Below are positions 46,771 through 55,946 of a stretch of DNA of 57,581 nt, in pieces (within the stretch, counting starts at the first letter, position 1; each line of letters starts with the position of its first letter). This stretch comes from a virus (taxonomy: Duplodnaviria > Caudoviricetes): positions 1 to 57,581 of IMG/VR virus record IMGVR_UViG_3300013094_000056; one strand, written 5' to 3'. The notes below the pieces were generated by a model that saw nothing but the letters and a program-made list of their open reading frames with translations, was not told the origin of the DNA and made no database searches. Made by a program: the position numbers and the translations under genes.

Positions 46771-47333
46771 CCTTTCGTGCGTGTGAACTTGGCGACCCTG
46801 CCGGTGAACAGCCCGAGGATTTCAGTGTCAACCTCTTCGCCGTTCTTCATGCGCTCGCGTGCGAATGCTGCCAGTGTCTGAGGGTGAACACCGCTCTCGA
46901 TGGAAGGTGCGAAACCTTCCTGCTCGATCTGGCCAGCGAGGTTGAGTGCCTCGTTGTGCTGGCTCTTGTTGAACGTCACAGAAAGGGTGCTCTTGATCAT
47001 GTCGCCACCTTCGTTGGCCTCAAGCCACTGGATCGCCCTTGCACGCTTTTCGGCGTCCTTAGGGAGCGAGCCAGAAACGAATTCGGCAACCTTGATCTTC
47101 CAGCCGCGCTGAGTGCACTCATCCATCCCGATCTCAGCCATCATGTCAGGAATGACTGATGTGTTCAGGTGATTGAGCTGCTTTTTCGCAGCCGACAGGT
47201 CGTCTTCAAGCTGATCAACAGCTTCCTTCAGGGCAATGGCGTCCGCCAGATGCTGGTTAAGACGATCGAGAGAATCAGGGGCGGCAAGCGCCGCCCCTTC
47301 ATCTTCGAAGCTGAATTCAACTTCGGAACCCAT
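46767..47333 (-). CDS. Conserved phage replication-region protein
   Basis: Coiled coil, IPDMM.E.G, VHPQTL.AF.RE; commonly paired with the following gene. Confidence 0.6.
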   Translation of the reverse strand: MGSEVEFSFEDEGAALAAPDSLDRLNQHLADAIALKEAVDQLEDDLSAAKKQLNHLNTSVIPDMMAEIGMDECTQRGWKIKVAEFVSGSLPKDAEKRARAIQWLEANEGGDMIKSTLSVTFNKSQHNEALNLAGQIEQEGFAPSIESGVHPQTLAAFARERMKNGEEVDTEILGLFTGRVAKFTRTKG

Positions 47334-48142
47334 CAGATGATCTCCGCATCTTCGATGTTGGGATCATTCGACAGATCGACAACGTCACCGCGAACCTGAC
47401 CCTTGATCAGCGAATCACGGAATTCAACCGCTTCCTGGCCGATGTTCGCCCAGTTGACGCCGATGTCGAGCTCAGGCAGCGACGGTCCACGAGCGATCGA
47501 CCAAGCGGCCCACGAGCCTTGGTTGTTGCTCTCTTCAGCAGTCGACAGGTTGTAGGCGCGATAGAACAACGGTGCGACATATTCGCTGCCGTCCGACCGA
47601 CGCAGCTTTTCGCTGGTTGCAAGCGTGATCCACTTGCGTGCCTTCTTCAGCTGAGTGCTGCTCATAGGCAAAAAGCACTTGCGGCGGTCGGCCGTAAGGT
47701 TAAGCCCGAAGAACTGAGCAGTCTCGCTGATCAGGTTGCCGTTGGGCAAAACCGGCTGCTTGCGTTCATCACGCACCGTCTTGTCCATGATTGCCGGATC
47801 AGAGTGAATCTGAACCAGCCCACCGCCCGAAGAGCGCGGTGCCCATTCCAACCATTCCTTGCGGTAGTAAACCGGCAGGAAAAGGATGCCGTCCTTGAAA
47901 AGGTCGCCAGTGCCCACATCGACGATGTCACCGATTTCGCAGCCTTCGATGTACTCAGCCTTCTTGCGCTGCAATTGCGGCGACAGAGCCTGAATGATTG
48001 AAAGGCGGGGAATCAGCAGGTCAGAGCTGGTGACGTTTTCCAGACCAGCGCCAGCGAATTCGCTGAAGAAATCATTGCTGGTGGGGGTTGCGAGAGCGGT
48101 CGAAGCTTTGTCGACCTTCGCAGGGGTATTCTTCGTTGTCAT
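47333..48142 (-). CDS. Putative single-stranded DNA-binding protein
   Basis: AGAGLEN..SDL.IPRL.IIQ.LSP, EW.PR, M.STQ.K..RKW; acidic tail. Confidence 0.6.
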   Translation of the reverse strand: MTTKNTPAKVDKASTALATPTSNDFFSEFAGAGLENVTSSDLLIPRLSIIQALSPQLQRKKAEYIEGCEIGDIVDVGTGDLFKDGILFLPVYYRKEWLEWAPRSSGGGLVQIHSDPAIMDKTVRDERKQPVLPNGNLISETAQFFGLNLTADRRKCFLPMSSTQLKKARKWITLATSEKLRRSDGSEYVAPLFYRAYNLSTAEESNNQGSWAAWSIARGPSLPELDIGVNWANIGQEAVEFRDSLIKGQVRGDVVDLSNDPNIEDAEII

Positions 48143-48267
48143 TTTAACCTCATTTATCAGACGCCTGGTTGGCGACGCAACCTCTTTCGCCTGAAAACTT
48201 CGTCAGGAAAAGGTTTTTTGCAAACTTTTTTCACATGAAAAGTTAAATGATTGTTTTTGTGTGAAAC

Positions 48268-48328
48268 TTTTCTGTTTTCTTTTTCGTCAGTTTGGGCGAT
48301 AAAGGCTTCGGGCAGCAGGAAACGCCCA
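48268..48328 (+). promoter_or_regulatory. Repeated early promoter/leader motif, copy 1
   Basis: TTTTCTG-TTTTCTTTT-CGTCAG-TTTGGGCGATAAAGG-TTCGGGCAGC followed by a GC hairpin and RBS. Confidence 0.7.
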
Positions 48329-48345
48329 CCAAACGGAGACCGACC

Positions 48346-48642
48346 ATGATTCTGAACGCTTTCACCTTCACCCCCACCGGCACCGAAGAACTTTCGTGGA
48401 GCAAAGGTGAGACTCGCGAGATCGGAACCATCGAGGCGACTCTGGGCGGCAAGACCAAGATCGTTGAAGCGGTTCGCTACGAAAATGGCCAGATCGTTTC
48501 TTGGGACTTCACGGGTCGTTACTCGACCGGCAAAAAGGCTTGGCCTGCTTCCGTCAGCATCCTGAACGAACGCGAAGTGATCTGGCACGGTCGCGACGAG
48601 CGCGTGGGTCGCTGCCTTAAAAGCGGCCTTTCATTCAAGTGA
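48346..48642 (+). CDS. Early hypothetical protein
   Basis: ATG 48346 after GGAG. Confidence 0.6.
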   Translation: MILNAFTFTPTGTEELSWSKGETREIGTIEATLGGKTKIVEAVRYENGQIVSWDFTGRYSTGKKAWPASVSILNEREVIWHGRDERVGRCLKSGLSFK

Positions 48643-48648
48643 CCCGAA

Positions 48649-48672
48649 TGGGGGCTTCGGCCCCCAACCTTT
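48649..48672 (+). terminator. GC hairpin with TTCG loop (terminator or stabiliser)
   Basis: GGGGGC-TTCG-GCCCCC followed by AACCTTT. Confidence 0.55.
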
Positions 48673-48687
48673 CGCAGGAGATGTGAA

Positions 48688-48894
48688 ATGATTGTTGTGA
48701 AATTCTCGACCCTTGCTGGCGGCGTTTTCATCGAGCAGGATGAAAAGCCTGAATATGTGGCTGAGACTCGCTGCTTTCGTTTCGACAGCAATGGAGGGTC
48801 TGAATTCGCCTATTATGGCGACCTCACGAGCAGCAACCCTGCACCTCGTTGGTACGGGCACGTATTCAAGCAAAGCTCTTTTATTCTGGCGTGA
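48688..48894 (+). CDS. Early hypothetical protein
   Basis: Preceded by the CGCAGGAGATGTGAA leader. Confidence 0.6.
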   Translation: MIVVKFSTLAGGVFIEQDEKPEYVAETRCFRFDSNGGSEFAYYGDLTSSNPAPRWYGHVFKQSSFILA

Positions 48895-48921
48895 TTCGCC
48901 AATTTTCGCAGGAGATGTGAA

Positions 48922-49284
48922 ATGATCGATGCAGTTGAAATCGCCGTCACGCGCTGTGAGCCTGTTCTGGCTCGCGGCATCAGTTCCTACCAGAACCAGA
49001 ATTGCTGTCGGAGCCTCATGGTGACCAAGGGCACCCTGCCACCTTCAAAGGTGAAGCTCAACATCGTCCCCAATGATCTCCCTGCGAAGAGCAGGTTCAC
49101 TGGCAAGGTCATCCGCCAGATCGCCGAGGGCAACCCTCGCAGGGAAGGCTCTCGCGGGCACCGCAGCTTTGACATCATCATCAAGTGCGACGGAGAGTTG
49201 ACCTACGAAGCTTATCGCCTGATGGGCGGTCGGCCGCAAGACCTTCAGTGGGACCTCGATCACGGCTATGTGGACATTCTGTGA
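48922..49284 (+). CDS. Early protein with an NPRR.GS.GHRS...GG...DL.WD domain (putative DNA-binding)
   Basis: Domain paralogous to the C-terminus of 53235-53858. Confidence 0.6.
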   Translation: MIDAVEIAVTRCEPVLARGISSYQNQNCCRSLMVTKGTLPPSKVKLNIVPNDLPAKSRFTGKVIRQIAEGNPRREGSRGHRSFDIIIKCDGELTYEAYRLMGGRPQDLQWDLDHGYVDIL

Positions 49285-49451
49285 TTGCCTACATTTATGT
49301 CTGGTCCGAGAAGCACCAATGCTGGTGCTTCAACGACATCGCCTCGAACGAGGATCAAGCCAAGGAGAAAGGTCGGCTGCTTTGGAAAAGTGGCGTCGCT
49401 GGGGTCAGGATCGACATCACGAAAACTGTGGTGGATCAGCGTCGAAAATAA
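49281..49451 (+). CDS. Early hypothetical protein
   Basis: GTGA-coupled, 56 aa. Confidence 0.45.
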   Translation: MIAYIYVWSEKHQCWCFNDIASNEDQAKEKGRLLWKSGVAGVRIDITKTVVDQRRK

Positions 49452-49467
49452 ATTCATCAATTGATTC

Positions 49468-49550
49468 TTTTCTGCTTTTCTTTTTCTTCAGTTTGGCCGA
49501 TAGAGAATTCGGGCAGCGGTTCGCTGCCTGTGTTTTCGCAGGAGATGTGA
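49468..49550 (+). promoter_or_regulatory. Repeated early promoter/leader motif, copy 2
   Basis: TTTTCTGCTTTTCTTTTTCTTCAGTTTGGCCGATAGAGAATTCGGGCAGCGGTTCGCTGCC...CGCAGGAGATGTGA. Confidence 0.7.
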
Positions 49551-49551
49551 G

Positions 49552-49848
49552 ATGGCCAAGAACCGCTTCAAGACCCCGATCCTCATTTTCGTCATGACCG
49601 ACGAAGCAGCCTCAAAGCTGGCAGCGACCATCCCTGGATCGCGCACACTAAACAGCATGACTGGACCCCTCAAGTTCCGCATGGCCATGGTTGATCACGC
49701 CAACGGCGAGTACGAAACGCTGATCGCCACCCCTGAGTGGCTGACCGGCTGGCGCGCGGCGATCGGGACCGACATTCGGTTCTCCGTCGATTTTGATGAG
49801 TCGCTCATTCCGCTTGCGCAAGGGCTGGTTCCTGTCGGCGCAAAATAA
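49552..49848 (+). CDS. Early hypothetical protein
   Basis: 98 aa after the leader. Confidence 0.6.
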   Translation: MAKNRFKTPILIFVMTDEAASKLAATIPGSRTLNSMTGPLKFRMAMVDHANGEYETLIATPEWLTGWRAAIGTDIRFSVDFDESLIPLAQGLVPVGAK

Positions 49849-49860
49849 TTCACCAACTGA

Positions 49861-49947
49861 TGTTTTTTTGCTTTTCTTTCTGTCGGAATTGGCGGAAAGA
49901 GAATTCGGGCAGCGGGTCGCCGCCCTTAACCTTCACAGGAGATGTGA
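49861..49947 (+). promoter_or_regulatory. Repeated early promoter/leader motif, copy 3
   Basis: GCTTTTCTTTCTGTCGGAATTGGCGGAAAGAGAATTCGGGCAGCGGGTCGCCGCCC...CAGGAGATGTGA. Confidence 0.7.
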
Positions 49948-49948
49948 A

Positions 49949-50089
49949 ATGCGTGAAAAAGATTTGATCATTGCCTTTTTGCTGCTGGTGGTCCTTGGCT
50001 GGGCAATAATTTCATGGATCAGCTCAGACGTCAACGATTTCTGCGGAAACGACATCGCCTGCCACACCAAGATGGAGGCACCGCAGTGA
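49949..50089 (+). CDS. Small single-TM early protein
   Basis: MREKDLIIAFLLLVVLGWAIISW... Confidence 0.5.
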   Translation: MREKDLIIAFLLLVVLGWAIISWISSDVNDFCGNDIACHTKMEAPQ

Positions 50090-50249
50090 TCGTTCCTCAG
50101 CGTGCACCTCTCGGCAGCACAGGTCGGGTTTCGTCCGAACAGTCTTGGCCCCTGCGAGGCTCCGAGGGAACAACCTTCGCAGATCGTTGCCCGGCTGGCC
50201 AGACATATGCAGAGCGCCGTGATGCTTTGCTCAAAAGCAAAGGTCTCAA

Positions 50250-50561
50250 GTGATGGGAAAATTCGAAAAAACAAATGACCCTATCCTTCTCGATTTTCTG
50301 CAGGAATGGCTTGATTGGGTCGATGATGGAGCGCAAGACAGTAAACCTTTCTTGAGAGGTTGGGGGCTTTGCAGCAACACCAGGTCAGAGCTTCAAAGGT
50401 GTTCGCTCAAGAGTGCCCTCTCAGAAGATTTTGGTGCCATTAATGCGAACTTGCCTTTCTCAGACGCCAATGAATATGCGCATCGCGCAGATGAAAGAAC
50501 TCAGCATGAGTGCCCGAAGCGTTTGGCTTGGGTCAAGGCAAAATTGGGGATTGATCAGTGA
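50250..50561 (+). CDS. Hypothetical protein with an FL.EWL...GLC...PF...RL.WV domain
   Basis: Domain paralogous to two copies in 56298-57449. Confidence 0.6.
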   Translation: MMGKFEKTNDPILLDFLQEWLDWVDDGAQDSKPFLRGWGLCSNTRSELQRCSLKSALSEDFGAINANLPFSDANEYAHRADERTQHECPKRLAWVKAKLGIDQ

Positions 50562-51037
50562 ACCTTTTCATCGTCAACACCTGCCCGATCCAAGCAGCCA
50601 AAGAGCTCGATGATGTTCGGGTCATCAAGATCGCTCTCGAGGCGACACAGATCCTTTGCACCGTTCTCAGCCAGAAAGGAATCGCAGTTCCATACAAGCC
50701 GACTCACGCCAATCACCCGGTGACTGTTTGGGCAGGGGCGGATGATCGCAATGCCAATTGGGTCTACAACTATGCCTATGCATTGTGCGATGTCTATGAA
50801 TTGTGGACTGGCAAAAAGCACGCTTGCATCGCTGTCCTCGATCAGCTGAACGATCACATACCAGAAGCCGAAGACCCCATCGATTTCCAGAACAGCGCCC
50901 GCAACGGCGCATTGGACTTCAGCCACCTGCCAGTGACAGAGGCATATCAGCAATATCTTAATGCCCGCTACCAGACAGGCAAACGCTCACCCAAATGGAC
51001 TGGCAGGCAATTTCCTTCCTGGTATTGCCCTTTCTGA
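50558..51037 (+). CDS. Pyrimidine-dimer DNA glycosylase/endonuclease V-like protein
   Basis: MNLF....P..AA..L.D..V.K..LE..Q.L.T...YKPTH.NHP...W pattern. Confidence 0.7.
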   Translation: MNLFIVNTCPIQAAKELDDVRVIKIALEATQILCTVLSQKGIAVPYKPTHANHPVTVWAGADDRNANWVYNYAYALCDVYELWTGKKHACIAVLDQLNDHIPEAEDPIDFQNSARNGALDFSHLPVTEAYQQYLNARYQTGKRSPKWTGRQFPSWYCPF

Positions 51038-51048
51038 AAGGATACAGT

Positions 51049-51237
51049 GTGAACAATACAGAGCATATCAGCATTTTGCGCCGCTTACGCAACAACCTCA
51101 GTGGCGAAGAAAAGGCTGCTTTGCGTCACATGCTCAATCGTCTGGAGAATTTCGAGAACAAGCTCAAAACAATCAATCGCATGTCATACATCAAACGCGA
51201 TCACGAAGGAAGGGACGATGAAGAGCAGCAAGCGTAA
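51049..51237 (+). CDS. Hypothetical protein
   Basis: GTG after AAAGGA. Confidence 0.45.
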   Translation: MNNTEHISILRRLRNNLSGEEKAALRHMLNRLENFENKLKTINRMSYIKRDHEGRDDEEQQA

Positions 51238-51395
51238 CAGCGCCAATCAAAAATCTGATTCGGTCAAGAAAAAGGAAGGCAAGCCCCAGCAGAGCAAATA
51301 TTTCCTGAAGGGTGGACCTTACAAATACGGCGAAGACCAAGAAGCTAATCGTGTCAAACGCATCAGAGGATTCTGATCAAACTTTCGAGGTTTAT

Positions 51396-52130
51396 ATGAA
51401 TGATTCTGTGAAAGAATTGCGCAACGAAGAAGCACTGCTCCACTTGCGTCAGAAATTGCTTGCAGGCGACGACTCTTCAAGCTCGAAGAAGCTGGAAAGC
51501 ATCAGCATCGCGATCGTCAGCCATCGCGTGACGATTTACACCAGCGAGGAATTCGGCCATTTCATCTGCAGCTCGAAGTTCCGTCCGGAAATTCGTGCAC
51601 AAGGCGACCGCATATTCCTGACCAAGGATCCAATCGGGCCAGGCAACTCAAGGCGTCTGGGCAGTGTTTTCAAAAAGAAACATTGCAACGAGATCGCTTT
51701 CGCTTTCGAGCGCAACAAGAGGGACAACCTCAACAAGGCTCTTGGTGATCTGACTTGCTCGAAAAGCCAAGTTGATCTGAAGTGGATCCATAGCGATACA
51801 TGGGAGATCATTTTCAGCGCTGATCAGCTCAAAGAAAAGTTCCCCCACAGAGGCTCCAAAGGCGGAGTGCCCGGAAGGAAATTGAAAGGGTCGATCGAAG
51901 GCGACGAGGAAGGCGCAGGGACGCAGATCGCTGATCAGGTGCCCCAACGTAAGCTGAAAGCCGTCGATCGCATCGAGCGCCCACTAGAATCTGTTTTCTG
52001 GGGTGATGAGGCGATCAAGCTCAAGCGTCTGATCGAGGAGGTCAACAATCACAAGCAGAATATGGGCGAATCCCTGATTTTGTACATTGGCGAAGGTGGC
52101 CTACTGAAAGTCTCCGTGGACCTGATTTGA
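51396..52130 (+). CDS. Hypothetical protein
   Basis: Long ORF; likely start ATG 51396 after GAGG. Confidence 0.55.
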   Translation: MNDSVKELRNEEALLHLRQKLLAGDDSSSSKKLESISIAIVSHRVTIYTSEEFGHFICSSKFRPEIRAQGDRIFLTKDPIGPGNSRRLGSVFKKKHCNEIAFAFERNKRDNLNKALGDLTCSKSQVDLKWIHSDTWEIIFSADQLKEKFPHRGSKGGVPGRKLKGSIEGDEEGAGTQIADQVPQRKLKAVDRIERPLESVFWGDEAIKLKRLIEEVNNHKQNMGESLILYIGEGGLLKVSVDLI

Positions 52131-52151
52131 AGAAAATTCACAATTGCGCAA

Positions 52152-52225
52152 TTTTTCTGTTTTCTTTCTCGACAAATTGGCGGAAAGAGAATTCGGGCAG
52201 CAGAAAACGCCCACCAACGGAGATT
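52152..52225 (+). promoter_or_regulatory. Repeated early promoter/leader motif, copy 4
   Basis: TTTTTCTGTTTCTTTCTCGACAAATTGGCGGAAAGAGAATTCGGGCAGCAGAAAACGCCCACCAACGGAGA. Confidence 0.7.
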
Positions 52226-52229
52226 TAAA

Positions 52230-53189
52230 ATGGCACACGAAATCGTCAATGAAATGATCGCTTACGCTGGTGAAACCCCTTGGCACGGCATTGGCGCCAA
52301 GCTGGACACCGGTTCGACCCCTGCCGAATTCCTCGATGCAGCCAAGCTCAACTGGACCATCGACAAGCATCCGCTTCAGGCTGTTGTCGGTGACACCATC
52401 ATCCCGGTCCCCAACAAGTTCGCCATGCTTCGCTCCAGCGACAACAAGATGTTCGGTGTTTGCTCGGACGCCTGGACGCCTTTCCAGAACGCAGACGCGC
52501 TGGATTTCATGCGCCGCTACTGCGAAGCCGGTGGCGCCACGATGGAAACTGCTGGCGGCCTGCGCGACGGTCGCATCGTTTGGGGTCTGGCTCGCCTCAA
52601 CCACTCGTTTGAGGTTCGTCCCGGTGACAAGGTCAACGGCTACCTGCTCATCACCACCCCGCACGTTGTCGGCATGAGCACCACCGTTCGCACGACCACC
52701 GTTCGCGTCGTCTGCGCCAACACGATGGCGATGGCCAACAGTTCCTCGACCATCGAGTATCGCCAGAACCACATGAGTGCCTTCGATGTCGCCAAGGCCA
52801 AAGAAGCGGTCGAGCAGGCTCACGAAAATCTGCTGCTTGCAGAGATGCGCGCCAAGACGCTCGACAAGCTGAAGCTGAACCTTGAAGACTCGGTCAAGAA
52901 GGTTCTTGTGCCGGCATTCGACGCCGATCTTGCTGCCGACGAAGAATTCATGGCTGCCAATCTTGATGTCGAAGCTCTGCCCAAGCGTTTCCAGCACATC
53001 ATCGATTCGCTTCAGAATGCCCCTGGAGCGATCGAAGGCAACGGCTGGGGCACCCTCAACGCAGTGACTCACTACTGCGACCACGTTGCCGGTCACAATG
53101 CAGGCACCCGCCTTTTCCGCTCTTGGATCGGCGATTATTCGCGTATCAAGCTGGACGTTGAAAAGCGTCTGCTTGAGCTCGCAGCCTGA
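52230..53189 (+). CDS. DUF932-family protein
   Basis: MAHE...YAGETPWHG.G, QN.DA, ETAG.L..G, RVVC.NT, W...NAVT.Y.DH. Confidence 0.85.
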   Translation: MAHEIVNEMIAYAGETPWHGIGAKLDTGSTPAEFLDAAKLNWTIDKHPLQAVVGDTIIPVPNKFAMLRSSDNKMFGVCSDAWTPFQNADALDFMRRYCEAGGATMETAGGLRDGRIVWGLARLNHSFEVRPGDKVNGYLLITTPHVVGMSTTVRTTTVRVVCANTMAMANSSSTIEYRQNHMSAFDVAKAKEAVEQAHENLLLAEMRAKTLDKLKLNLEDSVKKVLVPAFDADLAADEEFMAANLDVEALPKRFQHIIDSLQNAPGAIEGNGWGTLNAVTHYCDHVAGHNAGTRLFRSWIGDYSRIKLDVEKRLLELAA

Positions 53190-53198
53190 CTCGATGTT

Positions 53199-53221
53199 TG
53201 GGGTGGTGAAAGCCACCCCAT
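53199..53221 (+). terminator. Hairpin after DUF932
   Basis: TGGGGTGG-TGAAAG-CCACCCCA; weak U-tract. Confidence 0.45.
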
Positions 53222-53234
53222 CCATGGACTCAGG

Positions 53235-53858
53235 ATGTCCAAACCCAAATACCTGACCAAACCGAAAGGAATGACAATGTCGATTTCAGAAGTAACCCTC
53301 ACCAGCCGTGAAATCATGTTCCTTGCTTCGACCATCTCAGGCAAAGAGGCAAAGCGTGCGGCAGACAAGCCTAGCGCAATCAGCGCATTCACCAAGGCTC
53401 TCGAAAATCGCATCGGTGAATCAAACGCGATGGACTGCCGGTGGGAGATCCTTCTGAGCGAGCATGTCAATTCCGCCCATGCTCTGGCTGGCCAGATCAT
53501 CTCGAAATTCGATGGTGACGAGCCGGAAGAAATTCTGGCATCATTCATCGGAACACCCAACGCAGGCGATTTTCAGGAAACAGTTCCTGTTGCCGCCGAA
53601 ACAACCACTCGTGAAGAGGAAAATGACATGAGCACCAACGAAAATGCCGGTCGTCGCGGTCGCAAAGCAACCGCCGCTGGTCGCAAGCTGAGCGCTGTGG
53701 GCACCGAGAACCCGCGTCGGGCAGGAAGCCACGGTCACCGCAGCCACCAGATCATTCTCGACAATCCCGGCATCACGACTGAGGATTTTCTGGCCCAAGG
53801 TGGTCGGATCAATGACCTGAACTGGGACATTGCCAAGGGTCACGTGAAGGCCGCATAA
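53235..53858 (+). CDS. Hypothetical protein with C-terminal NPRR.GS.GHRS domain
   Basis: Paralogous domain to 48922-49284; start may be 53277. Confidence 0.6.
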   Translation: MSKPKYLTKPKGMTMSISEVTLTSREIMFLASTISGKEAKRAADKPSAISAFTKALENRIGESNAMDCRWEILLSEHVNSAHALAGQIISKFDGDEPEEILASFIGTPNAGDFQETVPVAAETTTREEENDMSTNENAGRRGRKATAAGRKLSAVGTENPRRAGSHGHRSHQIILDNPGITTEDFLAQGGRINDLNWDIAKGHVKAA

Positions 53859-53867
53859 GGCCAAAAT

Positions 53868-54032
53868 AGGTTCCAAGTTCGGAAAAAACGCTTGTTTCAG
53901 GACTCCCCCGGTGTTTACCCTCCCTTTAGGTTCCTTTTTTCTCTTCTTCTACTCCGTTGGGATAAAGTAGAGAGAAGATAAGAAACCTTAGAGAGAGTCT
54001 CAAAACAAGGAAAAATTCCGAACTTGGAACCT
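53868..54032. repeat. ~165-bp element with terminal inverted repeats (copy 2, inverted relative to copy 1)
   Basis: AGGTTCCAAGTTCGGAAAAAACGCTTGTTTCAGGACTCCCCCGGTGTTT ... GAGTCTCAAAACAAGGAAAAATTCCGAACTTGGAACCT. Confidence 0.9.
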
Positions 54033-54054
54033 GATTGCTATTGTGGGGTAATTC

Positions 54055-55689
54055 ATGTCTGCTAAAATTGTTGATGGTCGAATCGTCGTTGCCACCCGCG
54101 CAACCCCTGATGTGCTCGTTTTCCTGCCAACGCTTGAGGGTCGGCGCATATGGCTGAAGGGTGGTGGGCTCTCGGTTGAAGACACACCCCACAATCGCTC
54201 TGCAGTTGAAGGCAAGTTCGGCCCTGTCTCTGCCGAGGAAGAAGACGTCAAGATCGTCGGCCTGCAAAAGCGGCAAATGCCCAACTTCAAGCGCAAGCCC
54301 GAGCCGCATCAGATCGAGGCACTTCAGGCGATCGGCGACAAAGACAATTTTGCGCTGTTCATGGAGCAGGGCACCGGCAAGACAAAAGTCGGCATCGACT
54401 GGGCATGCGCTCTTTTCGTTGCTGGAGAGATTGACGCCGTCCTTGTGTTGTCAAAGCGAGGCGTTCACCGTCAGTGGATCGAAGAGGAAGTCGAAAAAGA
54501 CTGCTCTGTTGATTGGGATGGTGCATTCTGGGACAAGAAGGCAATCCCTGACCGCATCCTCAAGAAAGCCGATGGCAAGCTGCTCTGGTTCGGGATAAAC
54601 TGGGACGCCATCAAAACAGCTGGTGGTTTCGCGGCTGCGCAAGATTTTTGCTTGTCCCACAAAAACAGGCTTCTGATTATCGGTGACGAATCTCAGGAAA
54701 TCAAGAACATTAAATCGCTTCGCTCGAAAGCAGCTTTCAAGCTCAAGCGTCACGCCAACCGGCGACTGATCACAACCGGCACCCCAATCGCCAAAGACCT
54801 GACCGACGAGTGGGCACAGCTGATGTGGCTTGATGAGTCAATCATCGGCTGCAAATACATCACAACATTCCGATCGAAATATTGCATCATGGGTGGCTTT
54901 GAGGGTCGTCAGATCATCGGCCACAAGAACATGGAAGAATTCAAGGGCAAGGTCGGACCTCATTCGTTTCGCAGAACGAAAGAGCAGATCGGAATCCTGC
55001 CAAAGCGCTACACTGAGTGGAAGTTCGACCTGACGCGTGATCAGAAAAAGATGATCAGATCAATCAAAGACGATCTTCTGGCCGAGATCAGCGAAGGCGT
55101 TGAGATCAACATCAACACAGCAGCTTCTGCATTCAGCAAGATTCAGCAAGTGGCTTGCGGATTTTTGATCGACCAAGCAAACGAAACGACCCACAGGTTG
55201 ATGCCAGTCGACAAAAACCCGCGCACAATCGCAGCAATGGAGTGGCTGGCTGCGAATGAAGGCAAGGCAATCATATGGTCGGCTTTCATTGAAGACAAGG
55301 CGATCCTCGTCGAGGCGATGAAGGCGGCTGGCATCAGCTTCTGCGAATACCACGGAGCGACCTCAGAAGCAGATCGTAAGGCAGCAAAGGACACATTTCT
55401 CGACCCTGATGGGGCACAGGTACTCATCGCTGGCAAATCGGCCTCTACGGGGCTAAATTTGCAAGGCTTGTGCAATCGTGCACTTTACTACAGCAACAGC
55501 TTCAATGCGATCGACCGCTGGCAGAGCGAAGACCGCATCCATCGAATCGGAACTGTGGGCGCTGTGACGTTCACAGACCTGATAGGGGTCGGCAGCACAG
55601 ACCGACACATACGCCGAAACCTTCTGCAGAAAGAAGGGATCGCCCGAATGAGCTTGGGCGATTATATCAACGCACTGGAGGATTTGTGA
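54055..55689 (+). CDS. SNF2-family (SF2) helicase
   Basis: MEQGTGKT, DES, TGTP, TGLNLQ, QSEDRIHRIG. Confidence 0.9.
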   Translation: MSAKIVDGRIVVATRATPDVLVFLPTLEGRRIWLKGGGLSVEDTPHNRSAVEGKFGPVSAEEEDVKIVGLQKRQMPNFKRKPEPHQIEALQAIGDKDNFALFMEQGTGKTKVGIDWACALFVAGEIDAVLVLSKRGVHRQWIEEEVEKDCSVDWDGAFWDKKAIPDRILKKADGKLLWFGINWDAIKTAGGFAAAQDFCLSHKNRLLIIGDESQEIKNIKSLRSKAAFKLKRHANRRLITTGTPIAKDLTDEWAQLMWLDESIIGCKYITTFRSKYCIMGGFEGRQIIGHKNMEEFKGKVGPHSFRRTKEQIGILPKRYTEWKFDLTRDQKKMIRSIKDDLLAEISEGVEININTAASAFSKIQQVACGFLIDQANETTHRLMPVDKNPRTIAAMEWLAANEGKAIIWSAFIEDKAILVEAMKAAGISFCEYHGATSEADRKAAKDTFLDPDGAQVLIAGKSASTGLNLQGLCNRALYYSNSFNAIDRWQSEDRIHRIGTVGAVTFTDLIGVGSTDRHIRRNLLQKEGIARMSLGDYINALEDL

Positions 55690-55946
55690 TGAAGCAATTT
55701 ACGATCGTCGAAGAGGCACAGGCTCTGGTTCGCTACAAAAATGGCATACAGAAAATCGTGAATCTCTACACCCGCAATGAGCGGCTGTTCATCCCGCAGG
55801 GAATTGGGTTCATTGCAATTTGCGCAAAAGTCGAAGACGCATTCACGACTGTCCACCCTGACATCAAAGCCCTTGAGATTGACTGTGAGGGTATTTCACA
55901 GGACAGGTTCGGAAGGCCAGCATTGCCGGAGAAAAACAGTGTTTGA
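55689..55946 (+). CDS. Hypothetical protein
   Basis: TGATG-coupled to the helicase, GGAGG RBS. Confidence 0.5.
   Translation: MKQFTIVEEAQALVRYKNGIQKIVNLYTRNERLFIPQGIGFIAICAKVEDAFTTVHPDIKALEIDCEGISQDRFGRPALPEKNSV

Noticed and set aside
48268-52225. Repeated intergenic motifs as a mini-CRISPR or integron attC array
   Set aside because: Spacing is irregular with whole genes between copies, each copy precedes an RBS, and there is no integrase or attC core; a promoter/leader reading fits better.
52101-53225. 374-aa minus-strand ORF
   Set aside because: Antisense shadow of DUF932.
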